This document shows, piece by piece, positions 1 to 8,239 of a stretch of DNA of 47,785 nt (position 1 is its first letter; the number at the start of each line of letters is the position of its first letter). Below the pieces are notes generated by a model that was not told the DNA's origin, made no database searches, and saw nothing but the letters and a program-made list of their open reading frames with translations. A program made the translations under genes and the position numbers. The DNA comes from a bacterium (GTDB taxonomy: Bacteria; Patescibacteriota; Patescibacteriia; PEXW01). The stretch spans positions 1-47,785 of the forward strand of contig JAUYFT010000001.1 in NCBI GenBank assembly GCA_030689605.1, given 5' to 3'.

Positions 1-71
1 CTTTTACCCTTAGCCTTGAGCCAAGCCTGAAGGTGTTCCTCGAAAATGCCCTTTTTAGTTGCCATATTCAT
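1..71 (-). CDS. Partial ORF running off the window edge; possible N-terminus of an integrase-core/ISNCY-like transposase
   Basis: Manual translation MNMATKKGIFEEHLQAWLKAKGK...; recalled resemblance to CPR integrase-core transposase N-termini; only 23 codons visible. Confidence 0.4.
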   Translation of the reverse strand, partial: MNMATKKGIFEEHLQAWLKAKGK

Positions 72-79
72 ATGGCAAC

Positions 80-140
80 ACGGTAACCGATTTCTTATCT
101 ACTCGGGGGTTTTCGGTAACCTTTCTTGTTATCTACAACG
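80..140 (-). mobile_element. Possible IS terminal region with repeated GTTACCG motif
   Basis: CGGTAACC occurs at 81 and 114; the minus strand reads CGTTGTAGATAACAAGAAAGGTTACCGAAA upstream of the partial ORF. Confidence 0.3.
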
Positions 141-146
141 CTGCTA

Positions 147-175
147 TTGCAAAAATTCTTAAGACGTGGTATAAT
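147..175 (+). promoter_or_regulatory. Sigma70-type promoter for the S8 protease gene
   Basis: TTGCAA-17 nt-TATAAT with TG extension. Confidence 0.65.
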
Positions 176-305
176 AGCTTCAGAAATCAAAGTAATACGC
201 ATACCATGCACAGCCAAGCGGTAGGGAATGGCTTTCGCTAACTAAACTTATAATTTCGGCGCTCCCCAGGGAGCGTTCGAGCTTTCGTCGTAATATAACG
301 CGCAT

Positions 306-3300
306 ATGCCAACGCCAAGTAAGGTTCCCGAGGGTAAGGGTAAGAAGGTTGAAGTGAAAACAAAGGTTGGAACGTATTCGGCGGTGCGTCTCTCAATGGT
401 CGTCATGACCGCGCTCGCCATGGTTAGCACGAGCGTTATTTTAGCCGCGCTCCTCATCCGCCTGGTGCCGGTGAAAGACAGCGGAAGTTCGGGAGCGGCT
501 GGCGCTAAAGTTTCCCGTTCTGCCGATGGGTACGTCACCGGAGAACTGCTGGTTAAATTTGCCGCGAATAGCACACAACTTTCGCGCACGCAGGCGGTAC
601 AGAAAGCCCTTCAGAAACCAGTGAACGTAAGTACGCTCACAACGGTTAAGAAACGACAAGGATTGAAGACAGTCACACAGACAGTTGAAACCATCGCCCA
701 GCGTGTAGCATCGTTGCAGAGCTTAAATCCGGTTGTTAGCAGCGCGATCCAGCTCGCCAGCACGTCGAATGCCATACGGGCGAAACGTGGAGTCACTGCC
801 GACGTTGCGGGAACGAGCAATGCCCTCCGCCAGTGGTATGTGCTTCGGATTACCCCGGCCACTGCCGACCTGAATCAAATTGCTACAGCCCTCCGCCAGC
901 AAACTGGGGTTGAGAAGGTGGAGACTGACCGTCGCGTCAACGTTGCTGCCACGCGTTCGCTCTCTAGCACCAGCGCCGGTGCAGCCGTGAAGCTGGCCGA
1001 GGCGCAGAAAGCAGCAAGCGTCCTGCCAGGCGACCTGAATCGTGATGGCATAGTTGATGGCAAGGATTTGCGGTTGCTCTCGAACTACCTCACCTCGACC
1101 GGGATCCAACCGACGAGCTTGGCCGGTGCGGATGTGAACCGCGACGGCGCAATTGACATTGCGGACTTATCTGCGCTGGTAGATATGCTCGCCACCCTGT
1201 TCCGCGTGCCGGCAAGCGACCTAACTGGTGATGGCATTGTGAACGCAGATGATATTAATTTCTTGACGAAGTATGTAGTTTCGAAGGGTCCTGCGCCGAG
1301 TCCACTCTCGAAAGCTGATTACAATGCTGACGGTGTGGTTGATCTTTCGGACTTAGCGCGCCTCATTGGGATGGTCTATAACAGTTCGGGGTACGAGGCG
1401 CTGAACTACGGGAAAGGCGACGCGAACGCAGACGGGGTGGTGGACAACCGCGACCTTGACTACCTCATCGCGTATCTTAGCGGCAAGGGTCCGGCTCCCG
1501 TCCCGCTCGGTTTAGCCGACATGGATCTTAATGGAAAAGTAGACCTGACTGACTTAAGTTACCTCATGAGCATCTTGTTTGCTGATACTGACGATGTTAC
1601 CGCAGCAGTTATCATCATTTCTGATAGTACGACAACGAGCGTCGCACCAGTTTCTGCGGATGGAGTAAGCGTGCAACCAGTCGTTTTGCCGACGTACCTT
1701 TTGGGCGATAGCAACGCCGATGGTCGCGTGAGTACGGCTGACGTGGCCTACTTGGCTGCGTACATCTACCAGAAAGGCTCAATGCCAAACCCGCTTGGCC
1801 GTGCAGATTTAAACTTTGATGGCGTGCTCGATCTCTCTGATTTTTCCCGCATGGTAAAGCTCGTGTTCGACCAGCTGAAAGCACGCGTGGCACTGGCCGA
1901 CTTGAACGGGGACGGCGTGGTGAATAATGCTGACCTTACGTATTTGTCGAACTACTTAACCGGCAAAGGTCCAGCCCCAGACCTAACGAAAGCCGATGTT
2001 GATGCGAACGGGCGCGTCGACCTTACCGACCTTTCGATCATGGGGGAATTCGTCTATCAAACTTCTACTCCGCCTGTCTGCGCAGACGTGCGCACCGTTG
2101 GAGTAACTACGTTCCTGAATGGGGACGTGAATGCGAATGGCAGCGTTACCACGGCCGACCTCAACGCGCTGGGTAGCATTATTTACGCGAATGCAGCCAT
2201 GCCAACACTACAGGAGCGTGCAGACGTCAACTGTGACAAAGTGGTAACCCCGACGGATGTCCTGGCGCTCGATGCCCGGCTGAATAATACTGCAGTGCTT
2301 ACCCTCCCGGGTGATGCAAATAGTGACGGTGCCGTCAACGCCAGCGACATTGCGGTGAGCGAGGATACGCCCACGGATGTCAACGGTGATGGCAGTGCAG
2401 ACATACGTGATACGTACACGCTCGTGAAATTACTTAAACTTAATCGCGTGATGAACGCGCTGCCGGATCTTGATGCAGATGGCAAGATTGATTGGTCTGA
2501 TGCACGTATTCTCGTTAATGGCGTATTCACCTCGGGCGCCGCGGCGCTCTCAAGCACCGCTGACGTTAATGGCGACGGGACGATTGACGCCGCAGATGCC
2601 TTCTCGTTCGTAAGCGCCCTGGGTGCCAAGCAGTCTACGACGAGTGTCCTCGCGGGCGATGCCAACGCGGACAACCTGGTGGACTGCCGCGACGTGCAGT
2701 ACTTGCATGGGGTGTACTTTAAGAAAACGCCTGCGCCCAACCCGGCGACTCGAGGAGACGTGAATGGTGATGGCGTTGCAAATCTCGCCGATGCAATCCT
2801 CTTGGCGCAGCGTGCCTGCCCGGCAACCGGGGGTGGCGTCCGGTCGGGTGATATCCTGGTGGCCGTGCTGGATAGTGGCGCGCAGGTGAAGGATGCTGAT
2901 GTGCGGGCCGTACTTGCCCCTTCGAAAGAGACAGCAATGAATGCCAAAGATGATGATAAGAACGGCTACATTGATGACGTTGGTGGGTACACGGCACTTC
3001 CCGGTCGCCAGACCACCCAGGACTGCCACGGGCATGGTTCCGCGATTTCCACGGTCGTCGCCGGGAAAACGGGCATTGCCTCATTTGCCCGTATCCTCCC
3101 GGTTCAAGTTGTGGACTGTAAAGGGAGTGGTACCGCACTCACCGTGGCGCAAGGCTTGGTGTATGCCACCGTGCGCGGGGCTGACCTTAGTCTAGTGCCG
3201 CTTAGCGGGGTTGGGTCATCAGCGTTGCTGGCGGATGTGGTGAAGTACGCGAAAGCGCAGGGCATGCTAGTCATCAGCTCGGCCGGGAACGATGCGACGG

Positions 3301-3602
3301 CTATGTCCAGAGTATTTCCGGGCAGCATCGCAGGCGTGTTAAGTGTCGGGGCAACGGTGGCGAATGGGAAGTCACTGGCCGCGTACAGTAACACCGGTGC
3401 TCGTGTATATGCTCCTGGCAGCGCTAGCGGTGTGAAGTTTGAAGGTACTTCGATTAGCTCTGCGTACGTAACCGGGGCGGCTGCCTTGGCACTCGGGAAA
3501 ACGCCGACGCTCACCGTGCAGCAACTAGAGGCGAAGCTTGCGCCGATTGTGGTTAACCCTAAGAATGGGAATGTCCTTGACGCCCTAAAGGCAGTGCAGT
3601 AA
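306..3602 (+). CDS. Membrane-anchored S8 (subtilisin-like) peptidase with nine dockerin-like modules
   Basis: N-terminal TM; propeptide-like YVTGELLVKF; 18 DxNxDGxVdxxD Ca-binding loops; S8 motifs VAVLDSG, HGHGS, SAGND, GTSISS. Confidence 0.85.
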   Translation: MPTPSKVPEGKGKKVEVKTKVGTYSAVRLSMVVMTALAMVSTSVILAALLIRLVPVKDSGSSGAAGAKVSRSADGYVTGELLVKFAANSTQLSRTQAVQKALQKPVNVSTLTTVKKRQGLKTVTQTVETIAQRVASLQSLNPVVSSAIQLASTSNAIRAKRGVTADVAGTSNALRQWYVLRITPATADLNQIATALRQQTGVEKVETDRRVNVAATRSLSSTSAGAAVKLAEAQKAASVLPGDLNRDGIVDGKDLRLLSNYLTSTGIQPTSLAGADVNRDGAIDIADLSALVDMLATLFRVPASDLTGDGIVNADDINFLTKYVVSKGPAPSPLSKADYNADGVVDLSDLARLIGMVYNSSGYEALNYGKGDANADGVVDNRDLDYLIAYLSGKGPAPVPLGLADMDLNGKVDLTDLSYLMSILFADTDDVTAAVIIISDSTTTSVAPVSADGVSVQPVVLPTYLLGDSNADGRVSTADVAYLAAYIYQKGSMPNPLGRADLNFDGVLDLSDFSRMVKLVFDQLKARVALADLNGDGVVNNADLTYLSNYLTGKGPAPDLTKADVDANGRVDLTDLSIMGEFVYQTSTPPVCADVRTVGVTTFLNGDVNANGSVTTADLNALGSIIYANAAMPTLQERADVNCDKVVTPTDVLALDARLNNTAVLTLPGDANSDGAVNASDIAVSEDTPTDVNGDGSADIRDTYTLVKLLKLNRVMNALPDLDADGKIDWSDARILVNGVFTSGAAALSSTADVNGDGTIDAADAFSFVSALGAKQSTTSVLAGDANADNLVDCRDVQYLHGVYFKKTPAPNPATRGDVNGDGVANLADAILLAQRACPATGGGVRSGDILVAVLDSGAQVKDADVRAVLAPSKETAMNAKDDDKNGYIDDVGGYTALPGRQTTQDCHGHGSAISTVVAGKTGIASFARILPVQVVDCKGSGTALTVAQGLVYATVRGADLSLVPLSGVGSSALLADVVKYAKAQGMLVISSAGNDATAMSRVFPGSIAGVLSVGATVANGKSLAAYSNTGARVYAPGSASGVKFEGTSISSAYVTGAAALALGKTPTLTVQQLEAKLAPIVVNPKNGNVLDALKAVQ

Positions 3603-3612
3603 TACTATCGCT

Positions 3613-3756
3613 ATGCCAAGTATTACTACCCAAATTAAGCAAGGCACGAAGCTTACCGTGGGTGCCAAGGTGACTATCGGCATTGCCGTCATTGCCGTCG
3701 TCGCCCTGGGTGTAACCCTCGGGTTTGCGGTCTACCTCGGCGGTTTCGCCAACTAG
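3613..3756 (+). CDS. Small single-pass membrane protein (47 aa), not in the ORF track
   Basis: MPSITTQIKQGTKLTVGAKVTIGIAVIAVVALGVTLGFAVYLGGFAN*; starts 10 nt after the protease stop and precedes a terminator. Confidence 0.6.
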   Translation: MPSITTQIKQGTKLTVGAKVTIGIAVIAVVALGVTLGFAVYLGGFAN

Positions 3757-3769
3757 ACTCATGTTAAAG

Positions 3770-3805
3770 CAGAACGCCTGTCCCAGGAATGGGGCAGGCG
3801 TTCTG
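3770..3805. terminator. Hairpin terminator between convergent genes
   Basis: CAGAACGCCTGTCCC / GGGGCAGGCGTTCTG inverted repeat. Confidence 0.65.
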
Positions 3806-3833
3806 GTTAGTCTAGCGTACTGACAAGCGGCAC

Positions 3834-5633
3834 CTACTTCTTCGTCTTGGTCTGGATTTTTTTTAGCAGCTCGGCGATGAATGACTTCTTTGCCACCACA
3901 GCAAGTTTTTCCTTGCCCCGCTCGCGGACGTGGAGCTTGGGTGACTTCAGTTCCTTATCACCAATCACTAGCATGTACGGCGTCTTTTGCTTCTCGGCCG
4001 TGCGGATGCTCTTGCCCACAGACTGGTCAGCCGTGAATACGTCGACGCGCAATCCTGCCTCGCGTAGCTCCTTGCCCAGCTTCTGGCAGGCTTTCTCGTG
4101 CTTCAGGCCGACGGGGATAACGACCACCTGCACGGGGGAAAGCCACAAGGGCAGCTCGCCCGCGTAGTGCTCGATGAGGAAGGCAATGGTGCGCTCCAGG
4201 CAGCCAATGGACGAGCGGTGGATGACAATGGGCCGGTGCATCTTCCCGTCCTTACCCACGTACTCCAGGTTGAAGCGCTCGGGCATGACGAAGTCGTACT
4301 GGACCGTGAACGCAGATTCCTCTTGGCCGTTCACTTTCTTCATCTGCACGTCAATCTTCGGGCCGTAGAAGGCTGCTTCATTCTGGGCTTCGAAAAACGG
4401 CGTCTTCTGGCCTTTTAGCACTTTACGCAGAGCATCCTCGGCGCGTTCCCACGCCGCATCGTCCTTGTAATACTTTTTCGTATCCGTGCGATCGCCCAGG
4501 GAGAGGCGGTAGCGGTAGTCCACGCCCTTTTTCAAGCCCAGGGTTTGGTTCATCTCGTCAATGAGCTTGAGCACGTTGCTGATTTCTTTTTCCGCGTCCT
4601 CGGGCGCGACAAAGATGTGCGCGTCGGCCAGGGTGAACATGCGTACGCGCATGAGGCCGGTTAGCTCACCAGACTTTTCGTAGCGGAACTGGGAAGCTAG
4701 CTCGGCAAGGCGCAAGGGCAGATCGCGGTAGGAGTGCGGCTTGTCATTGTAGAGCATGAAGTGGTGCGGGCAGGTCATGGGCCGCAGGATGAGCTCGTCA
4801 TCGTCCACCTTCATGACTGGGTACATGGTGTCTTTGTAGTACGGGTAGTGGCCCGAGGTCTTGTACAGCTCCGTCTTCGCGAGCGGCGGGGTATAGACGT
4901 GCTGGTAGCCGTGGGCGAGCTCGGTATCCACAGTGTAGCGTTCCAGTTCGCGTCGGATGACCGAGCCCCGGGGCGTCAGGAGGGGTAGGCCCTTCCCCAC
5001 GCTGTCCGAGAACGTGAACAGATCCAAGTCTTGGCCGAGCTTGCGGTGGTCGCGCTTCTTGGCTTCTTCTTGCATCTTCAAGTACTCGTCGAGTTCGGTT
5101 TTCGTCAAAAAGGCCACGCCGTATACGCGCTGCAGCATGGGGTTTGCCTCGCTGCCGCGCCAGTACGCGCCCGCAATGTGCGTCAGTTTGAAAGCGTCCG
5201 CTGGGAGGTCCTTTGTGCTCTCTACGTGCCCGCCGCGGCAGAGGTCAATGAAGGTGCCGGTGGTGTAGGCGGTAATCGTTGCACTGGGTTTATTATTTGC
5301 ATTCTGGAGCTCATCAAAAACCGTCGTGCCTTTCGTTACCAGGTCGTGAATAAGTTCACGCTTAAATTGCTGCTTGGCGAATTTCTCTTTGGCCTGCGTT
5401 TCGGTAAGCTCTTCACGCTCGAACCCCAAGTTTTGGCCAATGCGTTTGCGCATGAGTTTTTCAAGTTTGGGTAGGTCTTGCGGCGTTAGGGGGCGGGGGA
5501 GCAGGAAGTCGTAGTAGAAGCCGTGTTCAATGGTCGGCCCGACGCCGAACTGCGCGTCTGGGAAAAGCTCCAGCACGCTGGCGGCGAGCAGGTGGGCGAG
5601 CGAATGGCGAATGCGGTCGAGTTGGTTAGCCAT
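3834..5633 (-). CDS. thrS: Threonine--tRNA ligase
   Basis: RHSLAHLLA, DLCRGGH, AGAYWRG, RDHRKLG, RPMTCPHH, AFYGPKID motifs; lacks the N-terminal TGS domain. Confidence 0.97.
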   Translation of the reverse strand: MANQLDRIRHSLAHLLAASVLELFPDAQFGVGPTIEHGFYYDFLLPRPLTPQDLPKLEKLMRKRIGQNLGFEREELTETQAKEKFAKQQFKRELIHDLVTKGTTVFDELQNANNKPSATITAYTTGTFIDLCRGGHVESTKDLPADAFKLTHIAGAYWRGSEANPMLQRVYGVAFLTKTELDEYLKMQEEAKKRDHRKLGQDLDLFTFSDSVGKGLPLLTPRGSVIRRELERYTVDTELAHGYQHVYTPPLAKTELYKTSGHYPYYKDTMYPVMKVDDDELILRPMTCPHHFMLYNDKPHSYRDLPLRLAELASQFRYEKSGELTGLMRVRMFTLADAHIFVAPEDAEKEISNVLKLIDEMNQTLGLKKGVDYRYRLSLGDRTDTKKYYKDDAAWERAEDALRKVLKGQKTPFFEAQNEAAFYGPKIDVQMKKVNGQEESAFTVQYDFVMPERFNLEYVGKDGKMHRPIVIHRSSIGCLERTIAFLIEHYAGELPLWLSPVQVVVIPVGLKHEKACQKLGKELREAGLRVDVFTADQSVGKSIRTAEKQKTPYMLVIGDKELKSPKLHVRERGKEKLAVVAKKSFIAELLKKIQTKTKK

Positions 5634-5705
5634 AGATTGCTAGTATAGCCTGAATATTGGCAAATTCTCAAATTCCCTCGCGTGCGTTGCATGAGGGTTT
5701 TGTTT

Positions 5706-5804
5706 GTCTTTGCGAGGGGCGTAATCGACCCGAAGCAATCTTGCTAACCATTGGATTACGCAAGATTGCCACGCCCCTCGTTTGGCTCGGGGCCCGCAAT
5801 GACA
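5706..5804. repeat. REP-like palindromic element (GTC.TTGCGAG...GAAGCAATCT...AGATTGCCACG...CGCAATGAC type)
   Basis: Nested inverted repeats GCAATCTTGC/GCAAGATTGC and TGTCTTTGCG/CGCAATGACA. Confidence 0.75.
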
Positions 5805-5811
5805 ATTGAGA

Positions 5812-7023
5812 CTACTTCGCCCGCGTTACTTCCAGTTGCAGGTCGTTGGCACTGGAAGGCACGCGGCGGTTCCAGAATGGCGTGAGTGCGACGACGACGT
5901 TCGACGCCGCTTTCTCCTGGGCAAGGAGTGCACGCACTTCGTCGGCGGTTTTGCCAGCGAAGGTTGCTTGCTGCAGGAGCCGGTGGGCAGGAGCGGGGAC
6001 TGTTGTTCCACGAGCGATGAGCGTCACGTCGGCGCGTTGTTTTTTTGTGTCGGTGCTCTTCAGTGTGTAACCGAACGTCGATGGGTTTACGGAGAGCAAT
6101 TGCAGGTCGGGGGAGAGGGAAGTCGTTAGCAGGGCAGTCGCGCTGTCCGTAAGCTTCGTGGAATCCACGGTGACGGCCGTCGTTTTAACCGTGAGTGTGA
6201 GTGTGTACGTCGTTGCCTTATCACCAATGGCTGGTCCAGTCCGCTTCACCGTCGTGGCGTCGACCATGCCGGGGTAGAGCGTGCGACCAGTCGGGACGAG
6301 ATTCTGGAGGTCGGGAAGAGCTTGGGCGATCGCTTCTTGCAGAAGTACTTGTTCAGCATTTGCCAGTTCATTAGCGGTTAGACCCGGAGTTGTTGATGTA
6401 GTTGCCGCCTGGCTTTCACCGTGGAAGTTTTCTGTTGATACGCCGGTAATTTTATCCTGCAACCCAGCCCACAGTGCGGGCAGGATGAAGGTGGTGCCTT
6501 TCGGAAGCGCGCCTTTCTCACCGGCAACGTCTCCCATAACTTCGGTGGTGACCGAGCCACCGACCGGGACGTCCACGCGTTGCTGGGTGCGGAAGATTTG
6601 GCCATCGGGTGACTTAAGCCGAGTGCCCGCGATGAGCGGCTGGGCTTTGCTGTAACGGTTGTAAATAGTAACTTTGCCGCGTGCTTTGCCGGTGAAGGTC
6701 GTAACTGTTGGCGTTGATGGTACTGGTTGCGGTGTCGTTGCTTTGGTTTCGGCGGTGAAGATTTTGCTCACCTCAACACTCTTTTCTAAGAACGCAGCAG
6801 GAATATCGTCACCCGTTGGCGCTGCGGCTACCGTTAGGGTCGTCGTACTCTCGACCGGTTGCGGCGTCCAGGTGAAGGCAATGCGGCTCTTGCCCGTGGC
6901 GAGGAAGAGCACACCGGCGAATAGCACGGCCGCCGCGACCACGAACGCAATGACCCACACGCGTTGGCGGGGGGTGGTGGTGTGGTGCTGGTGGGTTTCG
7001 TGCTTTTCGGCGTGCTTGGCCAT
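5812..7023 (-). CDS. Membrane-anchored baseplate-J-like protein (CPR-type)
   Basis: N-terminal TM; KARGKVTIYN...QPLIAGTRL...FRT motif; C-terminal LTPFW..RVP; start placed at ATG 7023, 6 nt after TACAAT. Confidence 0.75.
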   Translation of the reverse strand: MAKHAEKHETHQHHTTTPRQRVWVIAFVVAAAVLFAGVLFLATGKSRIAFTWTPQPVESTTTLTVAAAPTGDDIPAAFLEKSVEVSKIFTAETKATTPQPVPSTPTVTTFTGKARGKVTIYNRYSKAQPLIAGTRLKSPDGQIFRTQQRVDVPVGGSVTTEVMGDVAGEKGALPKGTTFILPALWAGLQDKITGVSTENFHGESQAATTSTTPGLTANELANAEQVLLQEAIAQALPDLQNLVPTGRTLYPGMVDATTVKRTGPAIGDKATTYTLTLTVKTTAVTVDSTKLTDSATALLTTSLSPDLQLLSVNPSTFGYTLKSTDTKKQRADVTLIARGTTVPAPAHRLLQQATFAGKTADEVRALLAQEKAASNVVVALTPFWNRRVPSSANDLQLEVTRAK

Positions 7024-7080
7024 GGGGTTATTGTAGCACTGAACCGTTGCGTGGTCTTTCCTACTCGGTGTTACCGCCGC
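6989..7080. repeat. Direct repeat copy 1 (92 bp; 77 bp perfect core 7004-7080)
   Basis: Matches 8148-8239 with two mismatches. Confidence 0.95.
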
Positions 7081-7084
7081 GAGC

Positions 7085-7192
7085 ATGGGGGATAAGCTCA
7101 CGAACCGACCGAACGACTACACCTTTGGCAAGCGCAAGCTTCGCTGGCCGTGGATTGTCGCTGGTTGGCGCGTTTGCGATGCATACTTCTAG
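7085..7192 (+). pseudogene. 5' fragment of a paralog of the DUF3048 gene at 14963
   Basis: MGDKLTNRPNDYTFGKRKLRWPWIVAG vs MGQKLTDRPSDYTFGKRKLRWPWLIAA; stops after 35 aa. Confidence 0.85.
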
Positions 7193-7240
7193 TCCCGTTT
7201 GCGGCGCGTGATAGTATGGTGGGAGAGGCTTGATACAAAA

Positions 7241-7276
7241 CAAAAAGGGGGCACATTGTGTGCGCCCCCCATTTTG
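7241..7276 (-). terminator. Intrinsic terminator after the orphan lipoprotein gene
   Basis: GGGGGC/GCCCCC stem with a T-run on the minus strand. Confidence 0.6.
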
Positions 7277-7296
7277 CTGATTGTAGTGGCGGGGAA

Positions 7297-7863
7297 TTAT
7301 TGGACTGAATTTTCCGCCCAAAGATCAGTAAAAAATGTCATTGATACGGTTTGCTGAATAGCATCAATATGTGCCTTGATCGGCAAAAGTTGACTCGAAC
7401 CATTGATGCGGATATCACAGGTGAAAACGTCACCCTCCGCGCCTCTGATAGTAATCCAGGCGTCTAAGGTACGATGTTTCCAGGTAGTACCCGGAATGGC
7501 ACGAGTGTTTGGAAGACACGACGTCTCTTTGAGTGCGCCGGCATTTTCGATTTGTTGAAGGTCAAGCGCTTCAGCAAACTGTTGGAATGCCGTTAAAGAA
7601 ACTACGGCCTGAAATTGATGGGATCCATCAATTCGTATATCGAATAGATATGCGCCACTATCGGCGTCACCCCTAGGGATGAGTACCGCATTTCGGTGCA
7701 AATCGGAGTATGACGCTCCGGCTATGAGAAGCGTAGTCGCGCTTGCCGTTGCGGGGGTGTTGATCTGGGGTTGCACCGCTGTCGGCGCGTGCCGCTGGCA
7801 AGCGATGATAATCCCCATGACTAGAAGGATACTTGCTAGCAGTACCACGAGACTTCGTTTCAT
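7297..7863 (-). CDS. Hypothetical lipoprotein with internal two-fold repeat
   Basis: AAGGAGG RBS; signal peptide ending IIAC; FDIRIDGSHQ / CDIRINGSSQ repeat. Confidence 0.7.
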   Translation of the reverse strand: MKRSLVVLLASILLVMGIIIACQRHAPTAVQPQINTPATASATTLLIAGASYSDLHRNAVLIPRGDADSGAYLFDIRIDGSHQFQAVVSLTAFQQFAEALDLQQIENAGALKETSCLPNTRAIPGTTWKHRTLDAWITIRGAEGDVFTCDIRINGSSQLLPIKAHIDAIQQTVSMTFFTDLWAENSVQ

Positions 7864-7876
7864 GTCGCCTCCTTGT

Positions 7877-7996
7877 TCATTTCAGTGTTTTCAGAGGGGT
7901 ATACTGCTCGCGTGCAGCGAGTACAACGGCGCCCTCTGGCGAGATATGCTCATTTGTGCATATCTCAGCAGCACGGATATACACGGATTCGTGCAT
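7877..7996 (-). CDS. Small hypothetical protein (39 aa)
   Basis: AAGGAGG-caaaaacc-ATG start; upstream TTGACA-16-TACTGT promoter; stops just before the next RBS. Confidence 0.5.
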   Translation of the reverse strand: MHESVYIRAAEICTNEHISPEGAVVLAAREQYTPLKTLK

Positions 7997-8108
7997 GGTT
8001 TTTGCCTCCTTGTAAAGGCGGGTTAGGATTGTCAAAGAGCTACAATCAGCTATATGCACAGTAGCACCAGCTTACATTTTGTCAACTTGCCTCAGTGTCT
8101 AAAAACAG

Positions 8109-8137
8109 AAAATCATCCACATATGTTGGATGATTTT
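8109..8137 (-). terminator. Hairpin downstream of dnaE
   Basis: AAAATCATCCA / TGGATGATTTT inverted repeat. Confidence 0.55.
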
Positions 8138-8147
8138 TTGCTGGGAG

Positions 8148-8239
8148 TGGTGGGTTTCGGGTTTTTCGGCGTGCTTGGCCATGGGGTTATTGTAGCACTG
8201 AACCGTTGCGTGGTCTTTCCTACTCGGTGTTACCGCCGC
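8148..8239. repeat. Direct repeat copy 2, including the dnaE stop codon
   Basis: Matches 6989-7080. Confidence 0.95.

Noticed and set aside
5812-7023. Prophage suggested by the baseplate-J-like gene
   Set aside because: The protein has a TM anchor, sits among housekeeping genes and has no phage neighbours
6989-8239. DGR template/variable repeat pair
   Set aside because: Only two mismatches, not adenine-specific, and no reverse transcriptase in the window
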